Positions 62,478 through 64,000 of a stretch of DNA of 64,000 nucleotides are shown piece after piece (the first letter of the stretch is position 1; every line of letters starts with the position of its first letter). This DNA comes from Nageia nagi. Its lineage: Eukaryota; Plantae; Pinophyta. Below the pieces are notes generated by a model. That model was not told the DNA's origin, did no database searches, and saw nothing but the letters and a program-made list of their open reading frames with translations. The stretch lies in the NCBI GenBank assembly GCA_050084985.1, contig JBITNC010000001.1, positions 141,174,001-141,238,000 on the forward strand. The letters are read 5' to 3'. The translations under genes and the position numbers were made by a program.

Positions 62478-64000
62478 CATGGCTATTTGGATAGGTACAC
62501 TACAAATACACCTTGAGTTGCACAAAACGTGGAAACGTTTCCAAGTTTCGGAAATGAGTACGCGTGGAAACGTGCCCCGCCCAAATGGGCATGAAATGTG
62601 GAAATACTATATATATATATATATAAACAACATTTTAGAAGCATCACCATGTTTATCTTAAATACCATAGATGATTACATGATCCAAAATTAGCCTTTAT
62701 ACATGGCTGGTCCTGGTACACATGAAATAAAACAGTCCTAAAGACATAACAGAGCTGGAAATGAAAAAAATTCAGAACTAAAGGCAGTCTGATCAGAATT
62801 ACATATTATGATAATCAATCATCCTCATCATCAAAAATTGAACAAGATGCTTGTTCAATAGATCCTGTGCATGCAATGGAAGAAGAGGCAGCTCCGCTTC
62901 TGCTTGCAATTGCAACACTAGGATCACCAATGTCAACAGCAGCAAGAGAGAGATAATAAGCCTGGGTTCTTTAGATCCAATTCCCAATCTTTATGAGGCC
63001 CACTTGTATATTCTTCACCCCTATGAGACAGAAGACGTAGGTTGTTATGCACATATACAAGATCCTCAGCGTTCTGTGATCCCTACCTATTTCAATATAT
63101 GTAATAATAATTACATTACAATCATCTTCCATATAAATTTTAATACCAGTAGTTTCACATTAAAATTCATAGTTACACAAACTTAAAAATTTAAAATCCA
63201 AATTTCAAGTAAATTTTTAAATACTTGTTCCTCTTCACAAAATGAATCCAACCATAGCTGCTCCAATTCCTTTCGGCTGATGAAGAACTTGCCACTTGTG
63301 ATGGAATACGAGTGGCAATGTTTTGCTAATATACTCCACTTGCCCCATGACAAGTCCACCATTTAATTGGGTTCATAGTCCTCCTCTCAACTAAAGATGG
63401 TATGTTTGCAAAATCCTCCAAACCAGCAACAATAAAAGCAAATTCTTTCCTCACTTTAGTTTGTATATCAGCTAGAAACAACCTAAGGAAAGTCTTCTTT
63501 ACTCCAATTGCCACCTCCTTGTCGTTGTGCGGGGCCTTCCTCTTCCCATTACTTTGAGCAATGAGTTCTTCATCATAAAATCTTGGGATTAGAACATGTC
63601 CCAAATAGTGCTATGGAGTGTCAAATCCATTCCACCTCGTAACCATGATGGTCCTCAGCTGCTCTGCATAATCAATATTAACAAAATAAAGAGTACGAGC
63701 CTCTTGTGTAATAATGTCCATGGTTTTCTCAACCATGGTATCCATACCATCATAAACCTCTCCCAAGAAAGGTCTCTTTGTGTTTGCTTCTCGAAGAAGC
63801 TCAAAGAAAGGTGATGTGAACTTGATCAAGAAATCTATCTTGATCCACCAATCCTCATCAATCAAGGTCCTCCACACCATAGCTCCCCTCTCTGAATCTG
63901 ACTGTCTCCACTGAGCCCAAGTAGCACCCACCACCATACTCATCAATGCTGATTTCACATGAACAAGCCGCCTCAACATGATGACGTTTGAGGCATATCT
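62478..64000 (-). mobile_element. hAT DNA transposon 3' part with degenerate transposase (DUF659-type core plus hATC dimerisation domain), runs off the window
   Basis: RYASNVIMLRRL...DEDWWIKIDFLIKFTSP...LGEVYDGMD...RWNGFDTP*HYLGHVLIPRFY...NPIKWWTCHG...SSSSAERNWSSYGWIH..KRN, an intron at ~63087-63224, then AEDLVYVHNNL. Subterminal gaaacg/cgtttc repeats at 62525-62575. Confidence 0.92.

Overview
This is eukaryotic, AT-rich, CpG-depleted plant nuclear DNA. The style of the PLS-class PPR motifs, the Tat/copia retrotransposons and the very long TE-filled introns suggest a gymnosperm (inference). The left half (1-~31.5 kb) is a nest of dead transposons. A CACTA/En-Spm element (right end TAGTAGTG at 13200-13207) carries TnpA-like exons, two TTAGGG-type hexamer arrays and ~4.6 kb of scrambled, multiply duplicated PPR-E-DYW gene fragments. 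It abuts the aRNase H of an old Tat-clade Ty3/gypsy, which is also interrupted 172 bp away by a complete degenerate Tat element (13380-22680). A 5'-truncated Ty1/copia follows on the minus strand. The right half starts at a CpG island (~33.1-34.8 kb) that marks a probable host gene on +. Predicted exons end at 33665 and lie at 41899-41963 and 43510-43622, the leader contains overlapping uORFs, and the N-terminus resembles an Agenet/Tudor domain. Its introns hold a LINE fragment, a tRNA-like SINE head, three hAT MITEs with 8-bp TSDs, a non-autonomous LTR element flanked by a ~165-bp duplication instead of a 5-bp TSD, and a hAT transposase. No intact TE ORF and no complete host CDS lies in the window. 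All identities are by-eye estimates and no database searches were run.
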